64,000 bases of DNA from Thalia democratica (Eukaryota): NCBI GenBank assembly GCA_965202585.1, contig OZ241830.1, forward strand, positions 32,798,001 to 32,862,000, given 5' to 3'. The translations under genes were made by a program, and so were the position numbers. Below are positions 37,592-52,300 of this stretch, piece after piece; the stretch's first letter is position 1; every line of letters begins with the position of its first letter. The notes beneath the pieces are model-generated. The model had not been told where the DNA came from. It made no database searches and worked only from the letters and a program-made list of their open reading frames with translations.

Positions 37592-38043
37592 CAGGGTTGC
37601 CACTCGTTTTTTCAATTTTTTTTCAGGTTTTACAAATTTCTTCAAGGTATTTAAAAGTTAAAACTTTTTGGTCTGTTATTAGTCTTAAGTTAATTTTTAT
37701 AAATAAACTGTTTTAAATAATACAAAAACATTTAAAAGATGCTGTATAGTTACTTTAAGTGTGTTTTTTAATAAAAAAAAAGTTTTGATGATGACAAAAA
37801 ATCTTATTTATATGATAGATTTTTTGTGTCAAATTGAAGTTTTAGTTCTGAAAATGTTAAAATTAGTAAAAATTCCAGGGTTTTCCAGGTATTTTGATCA
37901 AAATTCTAGGTTTATCAAAGTTTTTTTTCAAAAATTCTCTAATTCTAGGTTTTTCCAGGTTATTTTTGCCTAAATTGTCGAATTCCAGGTTTTTCAAGGT
38001 TTTTCAATGTTTTTCTAGATTTCCAGGTAAAGTGGCAACCCTA
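37592..38043. mobile_element. Duplicated copy of the 28023 MITE
   Basis: CAGGGTTGCCAC ... GTGGCAACCCTA flanked by TATATA on both sides. Confidence 0.72.
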
Positions 38044-41000
38044 TATATAACAGGTTTTTCTTAACTTTTTTTTTATAATTCAAGTTTTAAAAAATTACAA
38101 TAAAAAGTTTTAACATGCCTTCCATGTAACGTCTACAGAAATAACTAATGTTTATGGTTTAAAAAATTTACATAATTTTTGCAGTTAAGTAGGAATAATA
38201 AAGGTTGATATAAAAGAATACTTTTTTGTAACATAACTAAGTATTGGTCTATTTAACATTTTGGAAATATTAATTAAAAATTTATATTTAATAAGCCCAA
38301 TAACTGTTTAATAAGATTACGAAAAAGAATTAACTTTTTAACTATAAAAAGTCTGTCTTAAAAATTTTATATTTCAATACTCAATTTGATCAAAATAAAT
38401 TTTTGTAGAACTGTTTTTTTTTCATAAAAAAAGTTTTTTCTACATAAGTAGCTTTAGTACTGCTAACTTTAGATTTTCTATTTTAAAAGATGAAAAATGA
38501 CGTCTGGGATTAAATTTTGTCAGTTTTATTTTTACTTTGTGGACTTAAAATTTTCTATATGACAGTTCTAGTTTAAGTTTAACTTTGTCACTAACTTTCT
38601 CTAACTTTTTTAGACTAATTTTTTGTTTACAACCTTTTTATTTGTTATTTAATTTCCCTATGGCACTTTATTTATATTGACTTTCTTACCTTTTTATTTT
38701 CATAACCCCCTTTTCTTTCTGATTATGACTAAACTTCAAAGGCTTAAAAAGAAGCAAAAACAGTTGTAAGTGTTGCTTTCTAAAAATTAAATGCAAGATT
38801 TGTTGTAAAATTACCTAAATATATTGTTAAATAAAATGCACTAAAAAATGAAATTTAAGAATGTGAGTGGAAAATGTGATAAACACTATTTTAAAAATAA
38901 AAGGTAGTATACTAATGAAATTTATTTTGGTAAAATACTACCTGGGTCTTATTTAAGCGTTACCTAAAATACTAATGACTCTTTACTTGGACGACACCAT
39001 TATAAGCTGATTGCTAAAAAAAAATTATAAGCTTAATAAAAAATAATTTAAAGAGGTAACTTGCATTAATACAACATCATCAGATTTCAAGAAATTGTGC
39101 ACCTATAGTAAAAGTAAATGTAAGAATCTAACTACTAGTTGAATGTATGTTAAAAATATTTAAAATAAAATATGTTTGAAACAACTGTTTTCAAGTTGTT
39201 TTTCAATTGTTGGCAATCTCTGAATAAAAGAAGCTAAAACTGAGCTTTTAAACTGTCTTTAGTAATTCTAAACTTTTAAAAATACCTGAAATAATCAAGT
39301 TATCTTTTCAACATTATTTAAAATAAAACTTTGGTCATCCTGAGTTTCATAAATAACATTAAACTAGTCTGAGTTACCCTGAAATTTCAAAAAATTCAAA
39401 CTGTCTTGAGTTATGCTGAGTATACTAAGTGTGTGGATAACTTTACTGTAATGTTACATAAACTAACTAACTTACAAAAAGTTAGCTTATTATTAGATAA
39501 AACCATTTTTGTTAGTATAATTTCGCAGGTCCTTTTTCAAAAAATATTTATCAACTCTACTCATTCATATTTTGAGAGGTCTATTTTGGGCCATTTTGTT
39601 TGACAGTAGTCTAAAAGTCAGTTAATTTTTTGATTTCAATTATATTTCAATTTTTATAAGGCCTCCTTTATTGAAATGAAAAAAAAAAACTATAGCCCCT
39701 TCCGACCAGGTTTCTCAAAAAGCTACAATGAAATATGCCTGGTACTGTTTTTATTGTTTTGCATACAGCATCACCTCCAGAATATCTACTGTGCAGTTAA
39801 ATTGTGACCTTATAGTCCCATGTGGCCCTTTTATTACTAACGTCAGTCAATCCTTAACACGAATGGAAATATTTATGAGTTATGAAGCTATGATATTGAA
39901 ATTATGTAATACCCCATTAAAATTATCATCAGATTATGAAAATAGCCCTGAACTTTAATTTTGCACAAACTATTTAAAGAGACAACAGTCTACCTGTAGA
40001 TTTTAATAACATCTAATATTTTTTGTTATCAAATTTTGTTGCAATGTTTCAATACATTTAAAATAAAATCAAAATGCTTAATTAAAAAAAAAAAACTTGA
40101 ACAAAAATTGCAAAATTTAAAATAATCTCAATAAAAAATATTTGAATATAGTATTAGTTGTTAAGTATAACACCTACAGATAATAGAGTATTTTTATAAT
40201 TAATTTTGTTGAAAAAATATTTCAGAAAAAACCTTCATACTGAAATAAAAGAAAAACTTTATAGTTTAAGCAGTAGGTTATTAATGTCTCTAACGTAATT
40301 CTGGCTTGCTTCTTTTTGAAGCAATAAGTGATCCTGAGTAACCAAAAACTAGACTGTGTTTCACTAAACTACCCCCCTTCAGCCTAATTTTATGATGAAC
40401 AATAATTTAGTAATATTCAAAAAGAGAACAAAAACTACTATTTAAATTTAACTGTTTATATTATATACAAACTACATAGATGGCTAGATATAAAAGGGGA
40501 AATTATTTTACTTTAACCAATTGTTATTTTTTAAAATAATCAAGAAATTTATTAAAAAAAATTAACTACAATCTTTGGTTAAATTAAACTTTTGAAAGTT
40601 TTAATAAGTCTAAAAATCACAAAGTTACTGAAAAACGTATTTTAATTTTTATGCTTTTAAGAAAAAACTATTTCATAGGTATAAACTGGAAGTCTAGTTA
40701 TCAATGTTACTAAATTTCTTATATCTTTACCTCTGGGATCTAGGTAGGTTATTAATTTAAAAAAAAAAAAAAAACGATTTTAAATCAATATTTTTATACT
40801 AGGTTAGCTTAAGAAAAAAGCACCTGTAAGTAGAAGTAGTTTATAATTATCTTATCTTAACATACTTACTTCTTTATAGTAACTACAATATCTAAAACAG
40901 TCAAAAAAAAAATTTAAAACTCTATGTCCTTTTAATTATATTGAAACTCTTATTTTTGTATCCGAAGCTTTACTTTTAGATTATTTAGCTTCTATAAAAA

Positions 41001-44000
41001 TACCCGCTACTATAATAGTGAATCATATTCATTTTAATCATGATTAAAGTTCTAATTAGTTGTAAATAAAAAAAATTTAAAAATGTAATTTTAAGAACAG
41101 TTTAAAATTCTATAGATTTTATCATATTTTACCAAAATTTCCACCTTTTTAAATAACCTAAGGTTTTTTAAATTTGTTTAAAACTATAAAAATACTTTTC
41201 TAATGCGTTTATACAACGATTATCAATATATAAAGAAAAAATATTTTTTTATTTATAGATAGATTAAGAAAGGATTTCGTCAAAATTAGTATGAAATTTA
41301 GAAACTACTCAAAGTATGCTGATTTCTGAATTCTTCACAATAATTCTAACTCACTTGAGTTTTATAGAATTTATACAAAAAGTATAATATGCTTTCCATT
41401 TAAAGTCTTCACAAATATCCAATGTTTGTGGTACAAGACACTTTACTTAATTTTTGCAGTTTAGTAGGAATAGATAGGGTTTGTAATAAAAAATATTTTT
41501 TTTAAATACATTAAAGTACTGGTTTATTTATCATTTTCTGATATTTAGTTCAGATTTATATTTGATAGGCTCGATAACTATTTTTGCAAGATTAAGAAAA
41601 ATAATTAGAATTTTAACAAAAAAATCCGTCTTAAAAATTTTAAATTTCAATACTCCATTTGATCAAAAATAAGTTTGGATAGAACTGTTTTTTAACAATA
41701 AAAAGTTTTTTACGTAAACAATAACTTAAGTACCGCTAACTTTAAAGTTTCTATTTTAAAAATTAAAAAAAAAAGACTATTATTGTTATACTAGGTAAGC
41801 TTAAGAAAAATAGCAGTTAAATAAAGTAATACCCCATAGTAGTAAAATTGTAACATACTTACACACTTGAAATTACTAACATATCCAAAAATTTCTAAAA
41901 ACATTGTAAACTTTATTTTATAAAAAAATTTATTAGATATGTAAAACATTTATAACAATAAAAAATAATAAATAGTTAAAAAATATATACTCTAGTTTTT
42001 ATTAGGTAATACTGAAAGTTATTTTGTTTATAAGGTTATTTAAAGATTATATCTTAATACTTAATGTTATAACATATAACATGAAGTATTTAACAAAGTT
42101 TTAACTACTTAAAGAATCCTTTCTACCATAATAACTTAAAAACTATTTTATGAATATTTAAGCTTATTTTTATTTTTTTTTTCTAATGCATTGTTGAAAC
42201 AAAGTACTTTTATTGTTTGGTTTTGTTGTTCAATTAGCTTCTAGTTGCAAATAAAGAGAAAGTATATGTATTGAATAATTTAAAATTGCAATAATTAAGT
42301 TTTTATTACTGTCAACATTTTTAATAGAAAATTATAAAATCAAAAATATGTAACAACTTTCAAATAATAGGTATATCGTAAAATAAGGAGCTAGACAATA
42401 TTTAGTAATTATTTTTCAATAGACATTTTAATCAACTACATTTTTACATTAGTAATGACAGGCACAGAGCTTTCAAAAATTTTAAAAACATTTCATGATT
42501 TTGATAAAAATATGTTTCTTTTTATAAAATCATTCAAGGTAACTTCTGACCAAATTTATTTTCTTAAACTATTTTTAAATATAAGCTATTTTAATTCTAA
42601 TTGACTGGATAAAAGGGTAATTAGCAAAAATTAAGTTATTAAAAATATATTTTGGTTTACAAACTACTAAGAGATTATAAAATTCTTTCCAACATAAAAG
42701 ACAAACCATATTAATACATTTACATACAGAAATATTTTATAATAATAACAGCTATTTAACAATTGAAATTAACAGTATGTTTCTGAAACTGATAAAGATT
42801 AAAAAACTTTTGTTGTAAGATATAACAAAAAAAAATTCATAAAACCATACTTTAGTTTAAAATTATAGTTTTTTTTTATATACATTATACAATTCATACA
42901 GATTTGCAACTCTATAAGACATAAAAAAGTTGCCTAACACACAAAAAATATCTTCATCAGCTATAAACAAGCTGAGTCAGTCTAATTTTATATTAAAAGG
43001 TGAAAAACTAATTGTGTATTGTACACTTTTTGTGCTTATAAAATTATTTACCTTGCAAATAAAATCTTAATAATAAAGATTATGTTAAATAAGTATAAGA
43101 AAAATGATTCTTATATTTTTTTCAAATATGCTAAATTTTTCTAACATTTACAAAATCACAATCGAAAAAATGTTTTATCAAAATGGTTGTAACAAACTAT
43201 TTAAAGCCAAAAATAACATTTACAGACATATTTACTTTCTAATTAAAATCAACAGTGTAAGTTTAGACAAATTGAATTAGTAGAAATGTTTTTATATACA
43301 AATTATGATAATGAATTATTCTTCTTTTTTGAAACTTATACTATACATGATAAAAAAGAGCCTAATAATATCAAAATTTGTAATAAATAACCTAATTTTC
43401 AAAAAAATTCATAGCCTAAAAAAACTTAATTTTTATTTTAGTTTCAAAAAAGTTTATACTAAATTGAGTTTTCTAATAATTTTAACATGTTAAAACTATA
43501 TTGACTTAACATGAGTGAGCGGAAATCCTGATCATCATAATTGTACGTAGATTCTCTTCATCAAAGTTTACACTTTTGTCTAAGTGTTTTATAAAAAGTA
43601 TTTTTTTTAATATTGCATAATTAAGTAATATACAAATATTTGAAGTTCTAAATTGAACAAAAATAGTTCTCAAATTATTTGAAAATAGCGAGACAAATAT
43701 ACAACACTAATTAATCAAAATTTTGTTTGTAAAACTCAGTTTCACCCTTTAAAAGGGGTCTTCAGTTACAATTAAAATCTTTTTCAAATAGAGTCTATTT
43801 CCTATTTGGATAAGATTAAAATTAAAATTAAAGTTAAAGATAAACACTATTTTATTAATTATAATATCTTTAGATGGTTTAGAGCTAATTGAAGTAGGAT
43901 AAATTTGCAGAATTTAGTTATTAACTAATTTGTTATTTTAAAATGCTAACTATTTAAAATACTTTTGTTAAAGCTTTAAAATAATTAAACCTTAAGTTAT

Positions 44001-46320
44001 ACAACTATATTTTTTAGGTAAAGAAATGACAAACACGTAGATTATATGCAAAACGAATATTACTATTAATATATCAGAAACAAATAAGGACTTTTTGTGC
44101 TGCAATATAAGGTTAATATAATGTTTGTCAACAATTTACAACTGAATTTTTGTTTGCGTGTAGGTTCAATTTTTTTACATATAAAGTTTTAAAAAGCAAT
44201 GCAATTTTTAAGTTTAAAGTTTTCCTTCGCAATTGCAGGTAAATATGCATATAAAATTAAAATCATAGTTTATCAGCTTGTTTAGTATGTTATAAATAGC
44301 TAACTGTTTTGTAATATAAAACTTTTTTGTGTTAATATTATAAAACTAAACATATAACTTTAAATGATTGTTTTCAGTCATCATCAACTAAATGTTGTTT
44401 ATAGTACTCTTAAAATATAAATATCTAGTTTAAAATATATTTCTAAAGTACTTTAAGTATTCTTCTGTCAAAATTAATACAACTCAAAATATAATATAAG
44501 CTTCATACATTTAACTGAAAATTAATACTAATCGCTTATAAAAATTGTAACAAACTACTAAAAGTAATTTAGCATTATAAAATTTTAGTTTAATTATAAA
44601 ACAGTAAACTTATTAAAAAAAATGCGAACCTAAAGACTGTCATAACTTCTTTTTATATGATAATGACATAAATTATACTTTATTAATTTTTGTTTATAAA
44701 TCCTTTTCATCTCTGAAAAATCAAATTTTTAATAATTTAAGGAGATTTCTAAGAAACTGCAACCAACAATAAATATAAACAAAACAACATTACTGTTTTA
44801 CAGATAATTAATATAAGTAAGTTTGTATAGCAGTTTTAGATAACTTTCAAAGTTTTTGATTATACATTTTTGAATATCTTGATACGTTATAGTTAAAATT
44901 TAACAAAAATAATTTTTACAGATCGTTCTCTTTGTTTTGTTTATTGTATTTTTATATTATAAACTACAACCAACAATAAGTTTCATTACTTCTATTAATT
45001 TTTAAAGTTTCGATTTTATATTTTCAAATATCTTAACATGTTAAAGTTAAAGTTTTAGAATTTAAGTTTTGTTTAGTCCGTTGTCTTTGATTTTGCTATT
45101 GTTTTAATTTTCCAGTTTAAACTAAAAACAACAAGATGCTTTGTTTTTTCTAATAATTTACGAAGTTTCAAGTTAATACAATGTAACAAATTTTTTTCTA
45201 AGTGTAAGCTTCAATTTAAGTTTTTATTATTATATTATACTATTTCCTTGTATAACTTTTCTACATGCGTTACAATTTGTGCTCGTTTAGTTAACATTCA
45301 ACTTTTATGCTGAGGTTTAATTTTAAAGTGCTTGAAGTAATATAACGAGTGTAAAACAAAAGCTTTGTTGATTTTTTAAAGTATGATAATTTTATGTGTG
45401 GCAATTTAAAGAAAGACAAAAAAATCACAAATAATAACTGACATTCCTAAAGGACGATTTTGAAAACATATACATTATAATACTGTTACTGTATATGAAC
45501 TTGTTAATGATAAACTAATTCAAAGTAATATAAAACATGCAGTACAAATCCGAAAAAGATTAGCTTTTTTAAGCTCGTTATTAGTTTTTATGATGTAAAA
45601 TAAAAAATGTTTTTGTGATTTTTAAGAACAAGAAAATATTGATTTTAACTTAGCAGCAATTTGATTTAGACTGTTTTGAAAAAACTTAGGCTAAACGTAA
45701 AAAAGTTATTGTTCTAAAGCAATGATAATCTCAAACTTTTTTTTCATTAATTATTAGATTATAAGTTTTCACTAGAGATACCTTTTACAATTAAAAAGCT
45801 TAAGTTTTGAATGCAATTGCTTCGTTTTAGAATACAAACTTATAAAGATACATGAACAAATTAAAAAAATACATTGTTTTAAAGATACAGATTTTCAAGC
45901 TAAGTTAAATAATTTTTATAAATGTAGGTTTCAAATGTTCTAACTGCTCAAAACAGTGTAATTTACAGAATATTGTAAAACATCTTGTGACATGTTTTAG
46001 AATGAGATGAAAAGTAAAACTGTGTACGTTGCTATTGATAAAAAGTATACTAGTAACATCACATCATCAGTAGAAAAAAATAAGTTGTAAGTCCACTGTG
46101 GTGTTGTTTATTAGAAAAATAAGAAAGTATGTAAACCAATACAACCATTAAATAGTCAATTAACTCAAATTATTATGGAATATTATTGAAAAAAGTTTCT
46201 CTCAGTTTTCAATTTATCATTTCTTTTTTTTCTTTTCTTTTTTTTCTAAATACATGGATATATATTTGGAAAATTTACAGTTTTCTATTTAGTCAGAAAA
46301 TTAAGTACTTTAAATTAAAT

Positions 46321-46381
46321 ATGAAGGTCTTATTCAGTCTGAACTTTTTTATTTTTTATCAATTTTTTGTAAGTACAAAAG
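46321..46381 (+). CDS. Exon 1: signal peptide
   Basis: MKVLFSLNFFIFYQFFVSTK, then a perfect phase-1 donor G|GTAAGT. Splices to CA|TTG of exon 2, giving ...STKA-LVCWKC. Confidence 0.75.
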
Positions 46382-49300
46382 GTAAGTACGATATACCGCT
46401 GTTGTTTTAAAAATTTTATTCATCTAACAAGTTAACAAAATCAGCTTAATTAGTTTTTTTAGTTTAAAGGTAAGATAAAAAAATTATGTAGACACACTTT
46501 TGAAAAGTAAACTTGAAGATATTTTTTCAAGAACTAGACAAAATAAAAATTTTGCTCAAAAGCAAGTACATTACATATACAGAATGTATAGTAATTTGTT
46601 ATGGTTTATGTTTAAAAAAAATTCAGTTAATAAAAAATAAATTAACTTGATTAACTATTATAATATTGTCACCGATTTTAATTACGTAACCAAAAGACAG
46701 GTCACAGGTGTAAAAACTTTGCTCGCATTAAAACCCAGACATGTCATTTATATGGAAATCAAACACAGCCGTAATTAGGGTAGAACGCGTCACATTATAT
46801 TTTAAAAGCTTCGCGTCGTGACTTTATCGTCCATCTAATTTACATCATGAAAATCGTATCAAAGAAAATTTTTAACTGCGTTTTAAACGTTTTCGCTTTT
46901 TTAAACAGTTGTTTCAAATAGTTTTCATTTCAAATGTTTATTATAATTAATTTTGTTGCTTTCAACAACAAAATAGCGCTTAAACACGCTTCTTGTTTGA
47001 TTTTAAATTAGAATGTAGAATTAAAATTACTAAATGACAATAAAGTATATGCTCTAATTACTATAGTCTATAAAAGCTCACTTTTAGTTGATACTAACTT
47101 CGTCTACAACATAAAACCAAAATTTCATTATAAAGAAAAAAAATTAAATTAACATTTAAAATACCTTTAAAGTTACAGTTTCATAACAAATTAAATTTAA
47201 ATCTGACTTTTATTTGTTGCACCGCTTTTAACACTTTTACCAGTTGGTGAAGTCATAAAAAACGCAAGCTTTAAAAAGTGTGGTGTATTAACCATTAAAA
47301 AAATTTAATAAGAAGCATGCCACGCTTTGTTCAACCACCAAGTAATTTTTAATATGATTATATCTGCAGCATTGGTGTGCTGGAAATGCGACAACGCACG
47401 TGGAGATAGTGACTGCTTCAGAAGGGGCAAGCTGCACACTTGTACTAATAAAGAGGTAAAATTGAATATGTAGTTAAGATAACTTAAAAGAAATTTTAAA
47501 ATAAAAACTTGTTTATTTATTTTATGTTGTTTTTAAATTATATTATTAGTATAACTGATAGTTATGAAAATAAAATTTTAAGCTATTTTTTTCATGAAAG
47601 AATTGTGACACTTAAGTTTTTACTTCTTTTTCTCATGTAGAACTACGTATTTTTCTAGAATTTGTTTGTATTTAAAACGTTTTATGAAGCTTTAATTTTC
47701 ATACATCAATTAAGCATTACTTTAAATTTTGTTTGTAAAAATAGTGAAATTAAATATACTTTCTTCATTCTTTGTTTTCAACGACTCATACAAGTTTACT
47801 GCTTAAAAAGATATTAGCTTTTTTAAATACAAAAACGACACCTATAAACAAACTTTTTTTAATGGAAAGTTAATGTCATGAAAACTTTGATTGCTTGTTT
47901 TATATTTTAGATAATTTTAGTTAACCACAAATTTAAAACTAATATTCAGTTATTTTTTAAAAATAACTAAAACTAATGTTTTATTTGTTTCAATTATTCA
48001 GCATATTTTAGTCAATTCGTTTTAGATTACACTTTTATTTTTATCTTAGCATTGCCTACTATCAGCAGGAAATGATTCATCAGTAATGCTTTTAAAATTT
48101 TAACTTATTTAAGAAGTTGATATTCATCTGAAATTTATATACTACAAACTATTACTTAATTAACAATTTAAGAATAGTGCTAAAAACCTTAGACTTGAAT
48201 ATATTACTTAAACTTTGATTACAAGAAGGTTACTTGTTTATAAACTCTTCAATTAAACATTAAAGTTTAGTTAAGAAAAGTTAGATTAAATACTGTAGTA
48301 AAGTTCTCGAAAACTTAAGACTATTTTTAATTTTTAGTTTAAACAAGTTTTCAAGTTCAAACAGACTTTTAAAAAGCAGCACGCTTATGGTGGTTTGTGA
48401 TGTACTTATCTAATCGCGCGGTTTATACTGCGGGCATACGCAGCATTTATTCACAGCGGTCAATCAAATGTATATATGCAATGTGTAGCAAATATTTCAA
48501 AAGGGTTTGTATCCAACAGATTTTTATTAAAATCAATTTACAGGAAATTTGCTCCACCGAAATAAGAACCATCGCAGGAAAGTGGAACATCAAAAAGGGT
48601 TGCCAGCAGAAAAGGGCATGCGAAAACAACAGACTCCAGGTTATATAAATTATCATGGGAATTATCTGACCAGAAATCACGAACGTGATTAAAAAATTGC
48701 CATAAATGAGATCATTGTATAGTTTGAACTTTATCTGTTTTTGTTGTTATCATGTGACTACAAAGCTTTTTCACAAATTGTTTTTGGATTTTATTTTTCT
48801 ATTACGTTAAAAATCTATTTTAAATCAAAGCGAATGAACACTTCTCATACCTAAGGTTTTTAATTCGTCTGAGAATTTTTATGATTTATTTTTGTTTTCA
48901 ACCAAAAACCTTGACGATTTTCTAATTGCTACAAACAGAACTCTCGTGCATCCAGCTTTAAGACGCAGTGCAACCCACCGAAATGGGGGTCTGTGTGTAG
49001 GTGCTGTTGCGGTGATAACATGTGCAACAGTAGAGGCTACAGGTGCATACAGGGTGAGTTGTTTAGTAATATATTTGTTATTTTAAACCATTATCATTAA
49101 AATTCATTAGTAAAATTTTATAATTTTTTTTAAGTAAACTTGTTATACGAGATTAGTTTGCATAAATGTAAGTTGTTTAACAAACTACATATATTTCAAC
49201 ACGGGATTTGGTATTTTAAAGCCAACGAAATTTAAAACCTTAGTATAGTTTTAGTTTGTTTTTTATTCAGATTAAATACCAATTGAAATTCATTGTTAAA

Positions 49301-52300
49301 GTAATTTCAGTAAACAAATGCATAGTTTGTTTTTTAAATAATTTTTCTGTTAAAAAGTATTTACATTTTAGTAATGTTAGTTGTTAACGAAAGCGATTAA
49401 GTATTTTTTTAGTTAGTTGAAATGTTATTTTTTGTATTTATTTTTAATTTTGGCATTTCTTTAAGCAGTACGATTTATTCAAAAAAAAGTTTGATTAAAG
49501 TTTTTTCTAAAACACAGATTAAAGGCTAAATGGTTTAGAATATTAAAGTATTTACATTTTTATAGTTACGAAATAAGTTTTGAATACAATGTAATTGTTT
49601 TTAACCGAATATTTACAAATGTTTATTTTATAAACTTTGAAATTTCTTTACCAAAATTACAATGCAAATTTAGGTATGGTAAAGGGTTTATATGATTTTT
49701 ATATAAAAAAACGGTATTAGACATTAAGGTACTTTTTGTTGCACTTTGTTCTTAATGTTAATTCTATAAAAGCAAAACAAAAAATACGAAATACTAAGTT
49801 CTATAAAATAATAATTTTAAACACTTGATATTTTATTCATACAATACTTATGAATTTTATTTTAATTTATTTTTTCTTTTGAAAGATATATATATATATA
49901 TATTTATATGCAGTCATAGTCTATGAAACTACGATTTTATAAAAATCCGTCCTTTATCTTAAAACCAAAATTAAGTAATTTTCCTTGCACGCTTAAATAG
50001 CGCGCAGTTTGTACTTAGTAGTACCATTTGTAAATATTTTACATTAGCTAATGTTTGAACGTTAAAAGTTCACAAAGCATGCTTATATTTGGTGTAAATT
50101 TTTGAAATCGTGATGTCAAAAAGACCGAATGGCTCACAATCAGTTATTACCTCAATCAAAATTCAAATGTTTTTATTTAAGTACTTATAAATACAACATT
50201 AACCGACATGAATTTGTAGACAAAGACATGAGTTTGATTTGCTCAAATTATTTTTCTAATCTTGTGACTAAAATATTTTGTCGATCTGACAGTTATTGAT
50301 AGTTTAAACTATTTATTGTTTGAAGTTGAAGAAGCCTAATAATAAAACAGTTTGCAATAATTATACAACATTACACAGCCTAAATAAAAACATGACATTA
50401 AAATTTGTAAAATACTTTTCATAGTAAAAAAAAATTACTTCGATTTAAATTTAATATAGTTGTAAACTAAAAAAGTAACTATTTAATTGTATATATTCAA
50501 ACTTTATTTTGTTTTAGCTCTGAATTTTTGCGATGAAGTACCAAGGTTTCAATACGGAAGTACAAAATGTACTTACAATAAATATCCAAATGAAATGGGC
50601 TCAAAGTGCAAGTTTACATGCAAAAAAGGTAAAAATTTATTTAAAAGTATGTTACTACGTTATGTTATATACAATACGTTTAGAGTATAGCAAAAAATTA
50701 AGTAACAATTAATAAATCAATTAAGAATTGTATAATATAGCTGTTTAAATTATTTAAAAAATATGTATTTTTTCACATTTAGTTTGATAAAAACTATATA
50801 ACTATAAGTAGTCATTATAAACCTGTTTTAAATTAATAGTATTTTAAACTATATGTATGTGAAACTTCAAAAGACTTTAAACTTAGTAATAAATACAAAC
50901 TAAAGGTTATGAAGCAACAGGCCTTGCAACTTCAACTTGTAGGAATAACAGTTTAGATTACAAGAGGCCTTCATTCGATAATCCGGCTCCTAAGTGTATA
51001 AGTTAGAACTAATTTAGTTTTTTTAAATAACAAATTTATGTTTAAGCAGTTTTGGTTTTTGTTAGTTATTCTTTCATTGCTTAAATTATTTTATAATGAG
51101 GTTATAGTCAAAATACTTAAACATTTGTTACTGTAAACTTATGTTATGTTATTTATCTAATGAATCCTTTCGCTTATAAAAACAAAACATTTTAAATTTA
51201 TTTTTGTTGACATGGAACATGAAATTATTTTTGAATATGAATTGTAGTTTAAGACTTTTTATTCTATACTATAAAAAGGTTTCAAACTATCATAACTAGA
51301 TTGAAACAAAAACTTTTGGTTTAAAACATAAAGTTAAGATTTTTTAAGTATTTTAAAATATGAAATAAAGTTTAAGAAAATTACAATTACTAAAATAAAA
51401 CTTAAATACACGTTTTGTTACTTTATGTACAGAAAATATAACTATTAAAAACTTGAAAACTGCTTAAAATGTGTAAGCTTATAATTGAAAATGAAAAACC
51501 GCTCTACAACACAAATGTAATAGTTTTTTTTTATATTCCAAATTACACCAATCACTCATATTAGAAACATTTATTTAAATTCGATAACTTTTAACGTAAA
51601 CGTTACACTTTTAAACACGTTTTTAATTACAAGATTTTCCAGGAATCGGTTGCCCAATAAGGCCAAGCAGCATAAGAAACGGGCGGGAAAAATGCACCCC
51701 TGATACTGATGAAAACACGACGAAAATGGGTTTTTACCGAGTTGGAAGCGTGTGTAATTACTCGTGCGATGATACATCGTTTGCAATTGTCGGCAAGTCT
51801 ACTTCAACTTGTGGTAATTACTTGTTGTTTTATCTGTTTTGTAAACGTTAAGTTTCGCATTTTGTTTCCTTGGTGCGCTTTGTTGTATGTTAAAAATTTC
51901 CCATAGACTAATTATACCAAAATAAAGAAACATGAAACAATAAAACTAAATGACGCGCTTGCTTATTACGTAACTAATTGTAAAACTAGCACTTTTTTTT
52001 TCTTTTACTACTGAAGTAGTTATAAACTACAGCGTCAAGTTAAAATATTTGATTTCAATCATTTAAAATCAGTCAAAAATTCCAGGGCTTAATTAGAAAT
52101 GTTTTCAGAAAACTTAAAAGTAACGTGACACGCTTATTTTTATGTAATTTTATCGTTTCCTATGTAGCTTGGAGTGTAATTCGAAATAACTAAACATTTT
52201 TGGGCGTTTTTAGTCGATGGAATATTAACTATCCTACAAGGTGGCTTTTAAAATATCATTATGACTTTTTATATTATCGGTCATTCTGTTTTGTGGTTTT

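Larger units (their letters stand above)
20524..39827. repeat. Head-to-tail ~9.6-9.75-kb tandem duplication (20524-30267 / 30268-39827), each unit with one Deltex-like gene
   Basis: Gene offset is 9769. Both units end in ...ATAGTCCC.TGTGGCC (30266, 39827), and the second unit restarts at GACAA (30272 vs 20524). Confidence 0.9.

Noticed and set aside
46847-47360. Alternative starts for the LU-CCP-VWA gene (ATG at 46847; in-frame ATG at 47354)
   Set aside because: The first gives no phase-compatible signal-peptide exon. The second lies in the acceptor tract and gives only 6 residues before the domain. Exon 46321-46381 fits better.
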